This document shows, piece after piece, positions 48,491 through 61,349 of a DNA stretch of 64,000 nt. A program made the translations under genes and the position numbers. This stretch comes from Pristiophorus japonicus (lineage: Eukaryota): the NCBI RefSeq assembly GCF_044704955.1, contig NC_091999.1:40672001-40736000 (forward strand), in the 5' to 3' direction. The stretch's first letter is position 1; every line of letters begins with the position of its first letter. The notes under the pieces were generated by a model. It saw only the letters and a program-made list of their open reading frames with translations. It had not been told where the DNA came from and searched no databases.

Positions 48491-49754
48491 CAATTCAATT
48501 CAATAACAATCGATCCCAATAATTAAACTCAATACTTTAAATTTCGAAGTCCAACTTTGTCAGCATGCTGTGACATTCGATGTCTGCAGATAACTGGAGA
48601 TAATTTTGTTTTAACTGCTGGATCTTTTGCTATGCCATCAATCTCTTATCCAACTGGAACTGGCATTGCCTAATATGGTCGTCTTTGGTTACGGCATAGT
48701 CCAGAGACACAAGTCTGCATTGTCTTCAACATACATCAACAATGTTGGAAGCACTGGTCTTCCTGTGGCAAGCACAAACCACTAGTCTTTGAACTCTTCT
48801 TATTCGAACATAATATTTCTAATCTAAACATTCTATGATGAAAATATCCACGGCCAGTTGGTTGCAAACACCAACTGCTGCTCAGTGAAATCTCTCTCTG
48901 ATGATAACAACCACATTTTCCCCGATATGGAATGAACTAAACATGAACACCTTTCAGAAGCTGAATTAACCGAGTTCCCTATGCCTACACCCCTCTCATC
49001 TTCCATTCACTTCAACTGAAAGGAAAATGCCAGATTGTATCAGTCGGGATTTGAAAGAAATTTACACAGATGCTAGATATTCTTAGAGTTAGCATTGTTC
49101 TCTATTCTGTCTACTCGAGGAGTTTGATAACAGACTTTCTCTAGTGAATGTAGAGCTGGAATATTGGGCCGGGATGTATTTACTTGTTCATCTTGATGAC
49201 TCGAAACCGTTGGCAATTATTTGATGTGATCTGTATTTTCTTATATACATTTCCTGAGTGGATTCAAATTTAAATTGAACCCAGGTTTGCAGGCGTGATG
49301 CTCCATTCACCCATCGAAGGTGAGAGAGATGCTGTGGGACACACTAAGTCCAGTATCTGAAAGTGATTCACAGACTGGGTTTTGTGTTCAGTTATCCCAG
49401 GCATGTTATCGACACCTTCCCACAATAACAAGGCTAGGAGAGGTACTCTGGAAGGTAAAGGGAACTGGCATTTGTCCACGAGAGTAACCAAAGGTATGAG
49501 AACTGAAATAATCCAGAGTTAGAAAGGAGAAAAAGCCCCAAAATGGTGCAGTCAGTAACAGGACATCAATTAGTCTCCCCTTATCTTGGAACATTAAATG
49601 TCGACACACTCTGTTATTGAAATATCAAAATATTATATTCCAGCCCAGTTATACGGTTATTATCATCAGAAACAAACTTCAACTGTCGGAATGGACACGA
49701 TTCAGTCGGGATGTGATTAACAGCTGCAATGATAGCAGAATCCAACACCTGCAG

Positions 49755-50455
49755 TCACTTGTGAACTTGCTGGTGTCTCAGCAGGTGGGATGAATGAGTG
49801 AATCGCTTCCCACACTCTGAGCAGGTGAATGGCCTCTCCCCAGTGTGAACTCGCTGGTGTATCAGCAGGCGGGATGACACAGTGAATCGCTGCCCACACT
49901 CAGAGCAGGTGAATGGCCTCTCCCCAGTGTGAACTCGCTGGTGTGTCAGCAGGTCGGATGACCGAGTGAATCGCTTCCCACACTCAGAGCAGGTGAACGG
50001 CCTCTCCCCAGTGTGAATGTGTTGATGAATTTCCAGTGCAGACGGGTAGCTGAATCCCTTCCCACAGTCGCCACATTTCCACGTTTTCTCCGTGGTGCAG
50101 GTGTGCTTCCGTCTCTCCAGGTTGGATGATCAGTTGAAGCCTCCTCCACACACAACACGTTTACAGTTTCTCCCCGCTGTGAATGGTGCGATGGTTTTTC
50201 AGGCTGTGTAACTGGTTAAAGCTCTTTACACAATCAGTGCACTGATACACTCTTACTCGGGTGTGTGTGTCTCAGTGCTTTTTCAGTCACACTGATGTTT
50301 GTAATCTTTCCCCACAGACAAAACAAAAAAACATTTCTCCTTCCACATTCAAAGGCCGATGATATTCAAGTCCTGATGAATCGAGTGACTCTATCTGATC
50401 ACGACGTGACGTTAAGTTTGAGTTTCCCTTCTTCAAATCCTCCCCTTCTAACACC
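49755..50455 (-). pseudogene. C2H2 Kruppel-type zinc-finger terminal exon (4 intact and 3 broken fingers)
   Basis: [38 protein letters not shown].. gives four fingers ending at TGA 49757-49755. The upstream fingers carry stops and a frameshift. Acceptor ttttgcAG at 50457-50456. Confidence 0.88.
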
Positions 50456-50574
50456 CTGCAAAAAGAGTTGACAAAAGTCATCACTGTAAGTACCGGATCG
50501 CAATTCAGAAGAGACAATTCTAGTTTCTATGGAACATTCTTCCCTTCTGCTGTGTGGTTTTAATATTGACTTAA

Positions 50575-51905
50575 TAAAAATAATAAAGAGGGAGAAGGTA
50601 GATTGAGAGTAAACTGGCAAGAAATATAAATGCAGTCAGAGCTTCTGCAGATATATAAAAAGGAAGAGATAGTTAAAATAAAGGTTGGTCCCTTCGAGGA
50701 TGAGACGGGTAATTAAAAATGAGAAACAGGGAAATGGCAGAGACTTGAAACAAATATTTTGTGTGGTCTTCACGGTGGAAGACACTAAAAACATCCCAAT
50801 AATAATAGACAATCAAGGGGTCACAGGGAGCGAGGAACTTAAAACAATCACTATCACGAGAGAAAAAGTACTAGACAAACTATTGGGACTAAAGATGGAC
50901 GTCCCCTGGACCTGATGGCCTGCATCCTGGGGTCTTAAAAGAAGTGGCTGCAGAGAAAGTGGATGGATTGGTTGTAATCTACCAAAATTCCCTGGATTCT
51001 GGCAAGGTCCCAGTGGATTGGAAAACCTCAAATTCAACACCCCTATTCAACAAGGGAGGGAGGAAGACAGAAAGCAGGAAACGAAAGAGCAGTTAGCCTA
51101 ACATCTATCATTGCGAAAATGCTGGAGTCCATTATTAAGGAAATAGTAGCAGGACATTTAGAAAATTATAATAGTCAAACAGAGACGGCATGGTTTTATG
51201 AAAGGGAAATCACGTTTGACAAATTTGCTCGAGTTCTTTGAAAATGTAACGAGCAGGGTGGATGAAGAGGAACCAGTAGCAGTTGTGTATTTGCATTTGC
51301 AGAAGTCATTCGATAAGGTGCCAGATAAAAGGTTACTGCACAATATAAGAGCTCACAGGGTTGGGGCTAATATATTAGCATAGATGTAGGATTGGCTAAC
51401 TAACAGAAAACACAGATAAATGGGTCATTTTCAGGTTGGCAAAATGTAACTAGTGGGGTGCCACAGGGATCAGTGCTGGGGCCTCAACTATTTACAATCT
51501 ATATTAATGACTTGGATGAAGGGACGGAGTGCACTGCAGCCAAATATGCTGCTGATACAAAGATAGGTGGGAAAGCAAGTTGTGAGGAGGACACAAATAA
51601 TCAGCAAAGGGTTATAGACAGGCTCAGTGAGTGGGTAAAAATTTGGCAGATGGAGTATAATGTGGGAAAATGTGAGGTTATGCACTTTGGTAGGAAGAAT
51701 AATAAGGAAAATTATTATTTAAATGGAGACTACAAAATGCTGCGGTACAGAGGGATCTGGGGGTCGTTGTGCATGAAACACAAACAATTAGCATGCATGT
51801 ACAGCAAGTAATCAGGAAGGCAAATGCAATGTTGGCCTTTATTGAAGGGGAATGGAGTATAAAAGTAGAGAAGTCTTGCTACAACTGTACAGGGTGTTCG
51901 TGAGA
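50575..51905 (+). mobile_element. CR1 ORF2 (RT) fragment
   Basis: MKGKSRLTNLLEFF, PQGSVLGP and W.M.YNVGKC motifs. Confidence 0.92.
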
Positions 51906-52002
51906 TGATTTTGAGGAATAGACAAAATATCTAAGCATTGATAAATGCATCATCTAACATCTCCAACTGAGCTAACCTGCTGTAACTATGTCAGTATTTG
52001 TG

Positions 52003-52430
52003 TCAGCTGTGACTCAGTGGGTAACACACTTGCCTCTGGGTCACAAGGTTGTGGGTCGCTGTCGCACTCCAGAGACATAAACACAAAAATCTCGGCTGAT
52101 GCTCCAGTGCAGTGCTGAGGAACTGCTGTACTGTCGGAGGTGCTGTCTTTTGGATAAGATGTTTAACCGAGGCCGTGTCTGCTCCCTCAGGTGGACGTAA
52201 AAGGTCCCATTGCACTATTTCAAGCAGAACAGGGGAGTTATCCCCGATGTCCTGGCCAATATTTTCCCTTAACATCAGTAAAGCAAATTATCTGGTCATT
52301 ATCACATTGTAAATTGGTTGCTGTGTTTCCTACATTACGATAGTGACTACACTTCAAAAAGAACTTAATTGACTGTAAAGCACTTTGGGGCATCTGGTGG
52401 TGGTGAACGGTGTGAAATAAATGCATGTAT
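52003..52430 (+). mobile_element. Near full-length DeuSINE (SacSINE1-like)
   Basis: tRNA-like head (gctgtgactcagtgggtaacacacttgcctctgggtcacaaggttgtgggtc), Deu domain (ggtgctgtcttttggataagatgtttaaccgagg..caggtggacgtaaaaggtcccat) and LINE-like tail. Confidence 0.8.
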
Positions 52431-52684
52431 TTTATTACTCTCCCTTCTCCCATTGTGCCTCCTTTTGTCTGCTGTCACTTCCCCACCTCCTCTTCCTCAC
52501 CCAACTTTACAGTTCATTTCTTGTGTACATGGTCACTCACTCTATCTCTCCTTTCCCTCACTGTGTCGCTCCCTATAAGCTGTCCATCTGCCATATCTCC
52601 CAGTTCTGATCAAATGTTCTTCCTGACCCATCACCATTTCTCCTTCCTTTATAGACAACAACTTTCATTTATATAGCGCCTTTA

Positions 52685-52850
52685 AGAACATTAGAGTTAT
52701 GAGCAGGAATAGGCCATACGGCCCCTCGAGCCTGCTCCACCATTCAATAACATCATGGCTGATCATCAACCTCAACTCCACTTTCCCGCCCGATCTCCGT
52801 ATCCCTCGATTCCCCAAAACACCAAAAATGTGTCTATCTCAACCTTGAAA
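52685..52850 (-). mobile_element. CR1 3'-terminal fragment
   Basis: gagcaggaataggccatacggcccctcgagcctgctcc is the reverse complement of the CR1 3' UTR. Confidence 0.8.
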
Positions 52851-52939
52851 TAACTCTGTAAAATGGCCCCTGGTGCTTCACAGGAGCATTATCAGATAGA
52901 ATTTGACACCGAGGGTCAAAGCGGCACATTTTAAAGAGG

Positions 52940-54755
52940 GTTAAAAAGGAAAAGAGTTGCTCAAGTAAATGTTGGTCACCTGGATGATGAGACTGGGGAA
53001 TTAATAATGGAGAACAGGGAAATGGCAGAGACGTTGAACAAATATTTTGTATTGGTCTTCACGGTAGAAGGAACTAAAAACATCCCAATGGTGGATAATC
53101 AAGGGGCTACAGGTAGGGAGGAACTTAATACAATTACTATCAGTAATGAAGAGGCACTGGGTAAAATAATGGGATTAAAGGTGGACAAGTCCCCTGGACC
53201 TGATGCCTTACATCCCAGGGTCTGAAGAGAAATGGCTGCAGAGTGGATGCATTGGTTTTAATCTACCAAGTTCCCTGGATTCTGGGGCAGTCCCAGCAGA
53301 TTGGAAAACCACAAATGTAACGCCCCTATTTAAAAAAGGAGGCAGACAAAAAGCAGTAAATTACAGACCAGTTTGCCTAACATCTGTCGTTGGGAAAATG
53401 TTGGAGTCCATTATTAAGGAAGCAGCAATGGGACATTTGGAAAAGCATGATTCAATCAAGCAGAGTCAGCATGGTTTTATGAAAGGGAAATCATGTTTGA
53501 CAAATTTGCTGGGGTTATTTGAGGATGTAACGAGCAGGATGGATAAGGGGGAACCAGTGGATGTGGTGTATTTGGATTTCCAGAAGGCATTCGATAAGGT
53601 GCCACATAAGAGGTTACTGCACAAGATAAATGCTCACTGGGTGGGGCTAATATATTAGCATGGATAGAGGATTGGCGAACTAACAGAAAACACAGAGTCG
53701 GGATAAATGGGTCATTTTCGAGTTGACAAACAGTGACTAGTGGGGTGCCGCAGGGATCGGTGCTGGGTCATCAATGATTTACAATCCATATTAATGACTT
53801 GGATGAAGGGACAGAGTGTAATATAGCCAAGTTTGCTGATGATACAAAGATGGGTGGGAAAGTAAATTGTGAGGAGGACACAAAAAATCTGCAAAGGCAC
53901 AATGAGTGTCAAAAATTTGGTAGATGGAGTATAATGTGGGAAACTGAGAGATTATCCACTTTGGCAGAAATAATAGAAATGCAAATTATAATTTAAATGG
54001 AGAAAAACTGCAAAGTGCTGCAGTACAGAGAGACCTGGGGGTCCTTGTGTATGAAACACAAAAAGTTAGTATGTAAGTACAGCATGTAATCAGGAAGGCA
54101 AATGGAATGTTGGCCGTTATTGCAAGGGAGATAGAGTATAAAAGCAGAGAAGTCCTGCTAAACCTATACAGGGTATTGGTGAGGCCACACCTGGAGTACT
54201 GCATGCAGTTTTAGTCTGCTTATTTAAGGAGAGATATACTTGCACTGGAAGCTGTCAGAGAAGGTTCACTAGGTTGATTCCGGATGTGAGGGGGTTGTCT
54301 TTTGAAAATAAGTTGAATAGGTTGGGCCTATACTCATTGGAGTTCAGAAGAATGAGAGGTGATTTTATTGAAACATATAAGATAATGAGGGGGTTCGATA
54401 AGGTGGATGCAGAGAGGATATTTGCATCCACTCATAGGGGAAACTAAAACTAGAGGACCCAGTCTTAGAATAAGGGGGCCGCCCATTTAGAACTGAGATG
54501 GGGAGAAATTTGTCCTCTCAGAGGGTTGTAAATCTGTGGAATTCTCTGCCCCAGAGAGCTGTAGAGGCTGGGTCACTGAATATATTTAAGGTGGAGATAG
54601 ACAGATTTTTGAACGATAAGGGAGTAAAGGGTTATGGGAAGCGGGCAGGGAAGTGGAGCTGAGACCATGATCAGATGAGCCATGATCTTATGGAATGGCA
54701 GAGCAGGCTCGAGGGGCCAAATGGCCTACTCCTGCTCCTATTTCTTATGTTCTTA
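52940..54755 (+). mobile_element. 5'-truncated CR1 LINE (RT and 3' UTR)
   Basis: KSPGPDALHPRV, NYRPVCLTSVVGK, YLDFQKAFDKVPH and KFADD motifs; tail ttcttatgttctta. Confidence 0.95.
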
Positions 54756-55027
54756 GGGTGTTAAAGGAGGAGGGAGAGGTTTAGGGAGGGAATTCTGGAG
54801 CTTAGGGCCTCGGCAGCTGAAGGTATGGCCACCAATGGTGGTGTGATTAAAACCCTTCATCCAAGTCATTAATATGTATTGTAAATTGTTGATGACCCAG
54901 AGATCCTGGAGGGTTGTAGGGTGGGAGGAGGTTACAGAGGTAGGGAGGGGCGAGGGCACGGAGGGATTTGAAAATAAGGATGAGAATTTTTAAATTGAGC
55001 TTCGTGCCCAGTCATCATTTCTTCTTC

Positions 55028-55800
55028 CTTTACAGACGCTCCCTGACCACTCTTCATTTCTCCTTCCTTTACAGACGCTCCCTGACCCTCACCATTTCTC
55101 CTTCCTTTACAGACGCTCCCTGACCACTCTCCATTTCTCCTTCCTTTACAGACGCTCCCTGACCACTCTCCATTTCTCCTTCCTTTACAGACGCTCCCTG
55201 ATCACGCTCCATTTCTCCTTCCTTTACAGGCGCTCCCTGACCACTCTCCATTTCTCCGTCATTTACAGACGCTCCCTGACCACTCTCCATTTCTCCTTCC
55301 TTTACAGACGCTCCCTGACCCTCTCCATGTCTCCTTCCTTTACAGACGCTCCCTGACCACTCTCCATTTCTCCTTCCTTTAAAGACGGTCCCTGACCACT
55401 CTCCATTTCTCCTTCCTTTACAGACGCTCCCTGACCACTCTCCATTTCTCCTTCCATTACAGACGCTCCCTGACCACTCTCCATTTCTCCTTCCTTTACA
55501 GACGCTTACTGACCACTCTCCATTTCTCCTTCCTTTACAGACGCTCCCTGACCACTCTCCATTTCTCCTTCCTTTACAGACACTCCCTGACCACTCTCCA
55601 TTTCTCCTTCCTTTACAGACGCTCCCTGACCACTCTCCATGTCTCCTTCCTTTACAGACGCTCCCTGACCACTCTCCATTTCTCCTTCCTTTACAGACGC
55701 TCCCTGACCACTCTCCATTTCTCCTTCCTTTACAGACGCTCCCTGACCACTCTCCATTTCTCCTTCCTTTACAGACGCTCCCTGACCACTCTCCATTTCT
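55028..55800. repeat. 39-bp minisatellite (about 20 highly similar copies)
   Basis: Unit tttacagacgctccctgaccactctccatttctccttcc; diverged copies also at about 56497-56592. Confidence 0.95.
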
Positions 55801-55849
55801 GCTATATTTTTTGAAATATTGGAAGAGTTTAATAAATCTTTGATTGTCA

Positions 55850-56490
55850 CAGGACAGGTTAACAAAGCTGTTAATAAAGCGTAAAGGATCCTGGGCTTTA
55901 TAAATTGAGGCACAGATTACTAAAGCCGGGAAGTTATGCTAAAGCTATATAAAACACGAGCTCGACCCCAGCTGGAGGATTGGGTCCAATTCTGGGCACA
56001 CTTCAGGAAGGACACAAAGGGTTTGGAGAGGGGACAGAAGAGATTTACTGGAATGGTGTCAGGGATGAGGAACTTCATTTATGTGGAGACTGGAGAAGCT
56101 GGGATTGTTCTCCTTGGGGCAGAGAAGGCTAAGACCAGATTTGATAGAGGTGTTAAAAATCATGAAGATGAGATAGAATCAGTAGAGAAACTGTTTCTAT
56201 CGGCTGATAACCAGAGGGCACAGATTTGAGGCGATTGGCAAAAACAGAGGTCACATGAGGAAAACCATTTTCACACAAGGAGTGGTTAGGGTTTGGAATG
56301 CACTGCCTGACGGAGCGGTGGAGAGAGAGTCAATAGTGGCCTTCACAAGTGAATTGGACAAACACTTGAAGCAGAATGATATTGCAGGGATTTGGGGGAA
56401 GTGGGATAACCGGATTGCTCCCCGAAAGTATCGGCGCAGACTTGATGAGCCGAATGGCCCCCTTCAGTGCTAAAATATTCTGTGATTCTA
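55850..56490 (+). mobile_element. Old CR1 3' fragment interrupting the 39-bp array
   Basis: LYKTRARPQLEDWVQFW and FTQGVVRVWNALP motifs. Confidence 0.85.
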
Positions 56491-56657
56491 GAATTCTTTA
56501 CAGACGCTCCCTGCTCAGTCACCATTGCTCCTTCATTTACAGGCGATCCCTGGTCCATTACTATTTCTCGTTGATTTACAGACGCTCCCTGAGAGTTTGA
56601 CACAGACACAGCGCATGCACTGACCGTTCCTTCGGGCTGGAGCGGACCCAGCAGGCA

Positions 56658-57440
56658 GGGGGAGAATGTTCCCCGGTTTATATCACCACCCCCCCCCCCC
56701 GGTGTGGGGAGAATGTTCCCCGGTTTATATCCAGGCACCCCCCCGCTGTGGGGAGAATGTTCCCCGGTTTATATCCACCCGGTGTGGGGAGAATGTTCCC
56801 CGGTTTATATCCCCCCTCCCCCGGTGTGGGGAGAATGTTCCCCGGTTTTTCTCCCCTCCCCGGTGTGGGGAGAATGTTCCCCGGTATATATCCACCCCCC
56901 CGGTGTGGGGAGAATGTTCTCCGGTTTATATCCACCCCCCCCGGTGTGGGGAGAATGTTCCCCGGTTTATATCCCGCCTCTACCGGTGTGGGGAGAATGT
57001 TCCCAGGTTTATGTCCCCCCCCCCGGTGTGGGGCGAATGTTCCCTGCTTTATATCTCCCCCCCTCCCTCCGGTGTGGGGAGAATGTACTCCGGTTTATAT
57101 CCCCCCCTCGGTGTGGGGAGAATGTTCCCCGGTTTATATTCCCCCCCATCCCCCCGGTGTGGGGAGAATGTTCCCCGGTTTATATCCGCCCCCCCCGGTG
57201 TGGGGCGAATGTTCCCCGGTTTATATACCCCCCCGATGTGGGGAGAATGTTCCCCGGTTTATATTTTCCCCCCTCCGGTGTGGGGAGAATGTTCCCCGGT
57301 TTATATCCCCCCCTCCCCCCGGTGTGGGGAGAATGTTCCCCGGTTTATATCCCCCCCACCCCCGGTGTGGGGAGAATGTTCTCCGGTTTATATTCCCCCC
57401 ACCCCCCGGTGTGGGGAGAATGTTCCCCGGTTTATATCCG
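56658..57440. repeat. Approx. 40-bp GC-rich minisatellite (about 20 copies)
   Basis: Constant ccggtgtggggagaatgttccccggtttatat core plus a variable poly-C linker. Confidence 0.95.
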
Positions 57441-57499
57441 GGCCCGGGGCTGCACTCGGTGTTGTTGTCCCCAGCGTTTCTTTAACCCGCACCCTCGAT

Positions 57500-57680
57500 C
57501 TCGCTCACCTCCTGCGTCAACGTCAGCGTCTGCCACCGCCGCCTGCACATGCTCAGCTCACACTGCCCGGGTGATTGACGGCAGCTCACCACCAATAGGA
57601 AGAATGGGGCGGGGCTGAACGACCGAATGAGCAGTTGGTCCTCCAACCAATTGGAGTGTGTAAGGGGCGGGGCTTCCGGC
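57500..57680 (-). promoter_or_regulatory. CpG-rich TATA-less promoter and candidate non-coding first exon
   Basis: CCAAT at 57592 and 57647, GGGGCGGGGC at 57606 and 57664, ETS-like CTTCCGG at 57673, minus-strand donor AG/GTGAGC at 57508. Confidence 0.6.
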
Positions 57681-58640
57681 AGGCTGTAACTAGTGGGGTG
57701 CAGCAAGGATCAGTGCTGGGGCCTCAGCTATTTACAATCTCTATTAATGACTGAGATAAAGGGACCGAGTGTAATATTTGCTGACGATACAAAGCTCGGT
57801 GAGACAGTAAGCTGTGAGCAGAACACAAGAGTGCAAAGATATATAGACAGACGATGTGAATGGGCAGTAAGGTGGCAGATCGAGTATAATGTCGGGAAAT
57901 GTGAGGTTATTCACTTTGGTAGAGAGAATAGAAAAACAGAATATCTTTTAAATGGTGAGAAACTTTAAATGTTGGTGTTGAGAGAGATTTGGGTGTGCTT
58001 GTGCAAGAAACACAGAAGGTGAGCATGACGGTACAGCTAGCAGTAAGGGGATGGAGTATAAGAGTAAGGATCTATTGCTACAATTGTACAGGGCCTTGGT
58101 GAGACCACACCTGGAGTACTGGGCACTTTGGGTCTCCTTTTCTAAGGAAAGATATACTTGCCTTGGAGATGGTGCAACGGAGGTTCACAAGATTGATTCC
58201 TGGGATGAGAGAGCTGTCTTACGATGAGAGATTGTGTAGAATGGACCGATACTCTCTGGAGTTTCGAAGAATGAGAGGGGATCTCAATGAAAAATACAAG
58301 ATTCTGAAGGGTATTGACAGGGTAGATGCTGAGAGCTCGATTCCCCCGGGCTGGAGTGACTAGAACTCGGGGGCTCAAGATAAGGGGTAGGCCATTTAAG
58401 ACAGAGATGAGACATTTCTTCACTCAGAGGGTTGTGAATCTTTGGAATTCTCTGCCCCAGAGGGCTGTGGATGCTCAGTCTATTCAAGGCTGAGATAGAT
58501 AGATTTTTGGACTCTCAGGGAATCAAGGGATATGGAGATCAGGTGGGAAAGTGGAGTTGAGGGCGATGATCTTATTGAATGGCGGAGCAGGCTCGAGGGG
58601 CCGTATGACCTACTCCTGCTCCTATCTCTGATATTCTAAT
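57681..58640 (+). mobile_element. CR1 RT C-terminus and 3' UTR
   Basis: FADDTKLG, WQIEYNVGKC and QRRFTRLIPG motifs. Confidence 0.92.
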
Positions 58641-58674
58641 ATTGACATCTAAGGGGCTCTAGATTTATTAGTCC

Positions 58675-60290
58675 CACCCTTTATCTTAAGGGAACATACT
58701 TGTTCTGAACCCTCACTATCTCCTCCTTGAATGTCTCCCACTGCTCTGACACTAATTTACCTTCAAGTAGCTGTTTCCAGTCCACTTTGGTTAAATCACA
58801 TCTCTGCTTAGTAAAATTAGCTTTACCCCAATTGAGAACTTTTATTCCTGGTCCATCTTTGTCCTTTTCCATCACTACCCTAAATCTAATTGAATTATGA
58901 TCACCAGCACCAAAATGCTCTCCCACTGATACCCCTTCCACCTGCCCAAGCTTCATTCATTAAACCTAAGACCAGAACCACCCCCTCGCTTGTTGGGCTT
59001 GCTACGTAATGGCTAAAAAAGTTCTCCTGGTGCATTTTAAGAATTCTGCTCCTTCTTTATCTTTCAAACTAATTCTATCCCAGTTAATATTTGGGTAGCT
59101 GAAATCCCCGACTATTACTGCCCTATTATTTTTGCACGTATCAGAAATGTGCCGACATATTTGCTCTTCTATCTCCCTCTGACTGTTTGGGGGTCTATAG
59201 TACATCCCCAGCAGTGTGATTGCCCCTGTTTTGTTCTTCACTTCTCCCATGTGGCCTCATTTGATGATCCGTCGAATATATCATCCCTCCCCACAGCTGG
59301 AATTGTTTCTTTAATCAACACTGCGATGCGCCCGCCTTTTTAATCCCCGTCTCTATCTCGTCTTAAAACCCTGTAAACAGGAATGTTGAGCTGCCATTCC
59401 TGTAGTTTCTTTAGCCGTGTTTCACCAACAGTTATCATACCCCCACATGTCTGTCTGTGCCCTGAGCTTATCTGCCTTAATCCCTAGACTCCTTGCATTG
59501 GCATTGAAGTATTTCTATATTTATTCCTGTGATGAGAGGGCTGTCTTATGATGAGATTTTGTGTAAAATGGGCCTATACTCTCTGGAGTTTAGACGAATG
59601 AGAGGTGATCTCATTGAAACACACTGGCACTGGCATTTAGCGCTTCAAACTCCAGTGAGGATATTGTCCGGTCCTGTTGAGGTGCAACCTGTCCGGCTTG
59701 TACTGGTCCCACCTCCCCCAGAAATGCTCTCAATGCCTCAGGAATCTAAAGCCCTCCCTCATGCTCCAATCTTCAGCCATGCATTCATCTGCTCTATCCT
59801 CTTATTTCTGTACTCACCAGCACGTGGCACCTGGAGTAATCCGGACATTACTACCTTTGACGTCCTGTTTTTTAATCTCTTTCCTAGCTCCCTAAAATCT
59901 CCCTGCAGGATCTGATCCCTCTTTCTACCAATGTCATTGGTCCCGATATGGACCACAACCTCTGGATGTTCATCCTCCCCCCTCAACAATGACCTGTAGC
60001 TGCTCACTGACATCCTTGACCCTGGCACCAGGGAGGCAACATACCATCCTGGAATCATGTCTGTGCCTGCAGAAGCACTTGTTTGTTCCCCTAACTATCA
60101 AATCCACCACCACTATTGCTCTTCCACTCTTCTTCCTCCCGTCCTGTGCAGCTGAGCCACCCACGGTGTCGTGGACATGGCTCTGGCTGTACTCTCCAGA
60201 GAAACCATCGCCCTCATCAGTATCCAGAACTGAAAACCGGTTAGTGAGTGAGATGCACTCAGGGGACTCCTGTCCTACTCTTGCCCCATA
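58675..60290 (-). mobile_element. CR1 5' portion: ORF1 SGNH/GDSL esterase and ORF2 endonuclease, with a short plus-strand CR1 piece at about 59520-59625
   Basis: CLPGARVKDV and VVVHIGTNDIGRKR (esterase); YYRPPNS, VGDFSYPNI and GDHN (APE endonuclease). Confidence 0.9.
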
Positions 60291-61349
60291 ACGCTGAAAA
60301 TTTGTTCAACCCATGTTTATCTCTTTCGAAAGTTACAAGTGAATCTGCTTCCAGCACCCGAACAGGCAGTGCGTTCCAGGCCAGAACATCTCACTGCTTC
60401 ATTCGTCCCCTCATGTAGCATCTGCTTCATTTGCCAATCACATTAAATCTGTGCCTCTGGTTACTGAACTTTCTGACACTGAACATTGTTTCTCCTTATT
60501 AAGAGGATTGGAGGGCTGGAGGAGGTTACAGAGATAGGGAGGGGCGAGGCCTTGGAGGGATTTGAACAAGAGGATGAGACTTTTAAAGCCTGAAGCCACC
60601 AGCCATCTCCCCCAATGCAGAATGTGACTCACTGCTGACAGAAAGGATTTTTGTTTACTTACAAAAGATGCATAATGAAGGGAAATCAAACTCTGTATCT
60701 TTAACTAACAGCGACATGAGGGAAATGAATGACCTTTAAACACCTGGTCCACTTGGCACTGAAGTGTCTGAAACTCATAATAGGAACTCCAGGGAAACAA
60801 AATACTGACAAATGTTAAACTCTTTTGCTGACAAAAGAATTCTCGATTTAATTTTGAAAGATAAATTGTTTAACAGGGGTTCACACAGACTCACCTGAAA
60901 TGCCGACTCAGGATCCAGCCCTCAAGCACCGGGATTGGTTGCAGAACACGCTGCTCCCTGGGCTCTCCGGCCTCTGACCTCTCTTCCTGTTGGTTCCCAA
61001 GGCAATCAATCACCACTCGCCAACATTACGCTGACAGATTAAGTTGAGGGGCTCGGAGGAAGAAATAAAATGGGGCTGTGAATCTGAGTTAAGAAATAAA
61101 ATTAGAGAAGCATAATTAAATTTATGAACAAAACTATTTAAAGTCAAATCAAATGAATTGCTGCATTTAATACCTCCATCTGGGCCAAGTGGGAAACAAG
61201 TGATGAGTGGGCTGTGCAGAGTGTCTGTGCCCAGTTACACAGCGTGATCCTGGCTCCCCGCTCCAAGTGCACATGTTTCAGCTCACATCCAACTGACTGG
61301 ATAAACCTCGCTCGTCTAAACCCCATCACACAAATAGCAGCATTTGATG

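Noticed and set aside
56658-57440. CRISPR-like pattern of a constant repeat plus variable spacer
   Set aside because: The spacers are only short poly-C linkers, there are no cas genes, and the DNA is vertebrate; it is a minisatellite.
59630-60290. SGNH esterase as a host gene or novel cargo
   Set aside because: An esterase domain in ORF1 is a known feature of CR1-clade LINEs, and here it is contiguous with the CR1 endonuclease.
60896-61031. Possible minus-strand exon (tctgtcAG acceptor, CAG/GTGAGT donor)
   Set aside because: There are early stops in all three frames and no recognisable homology; it cannot be supported without RNA data.
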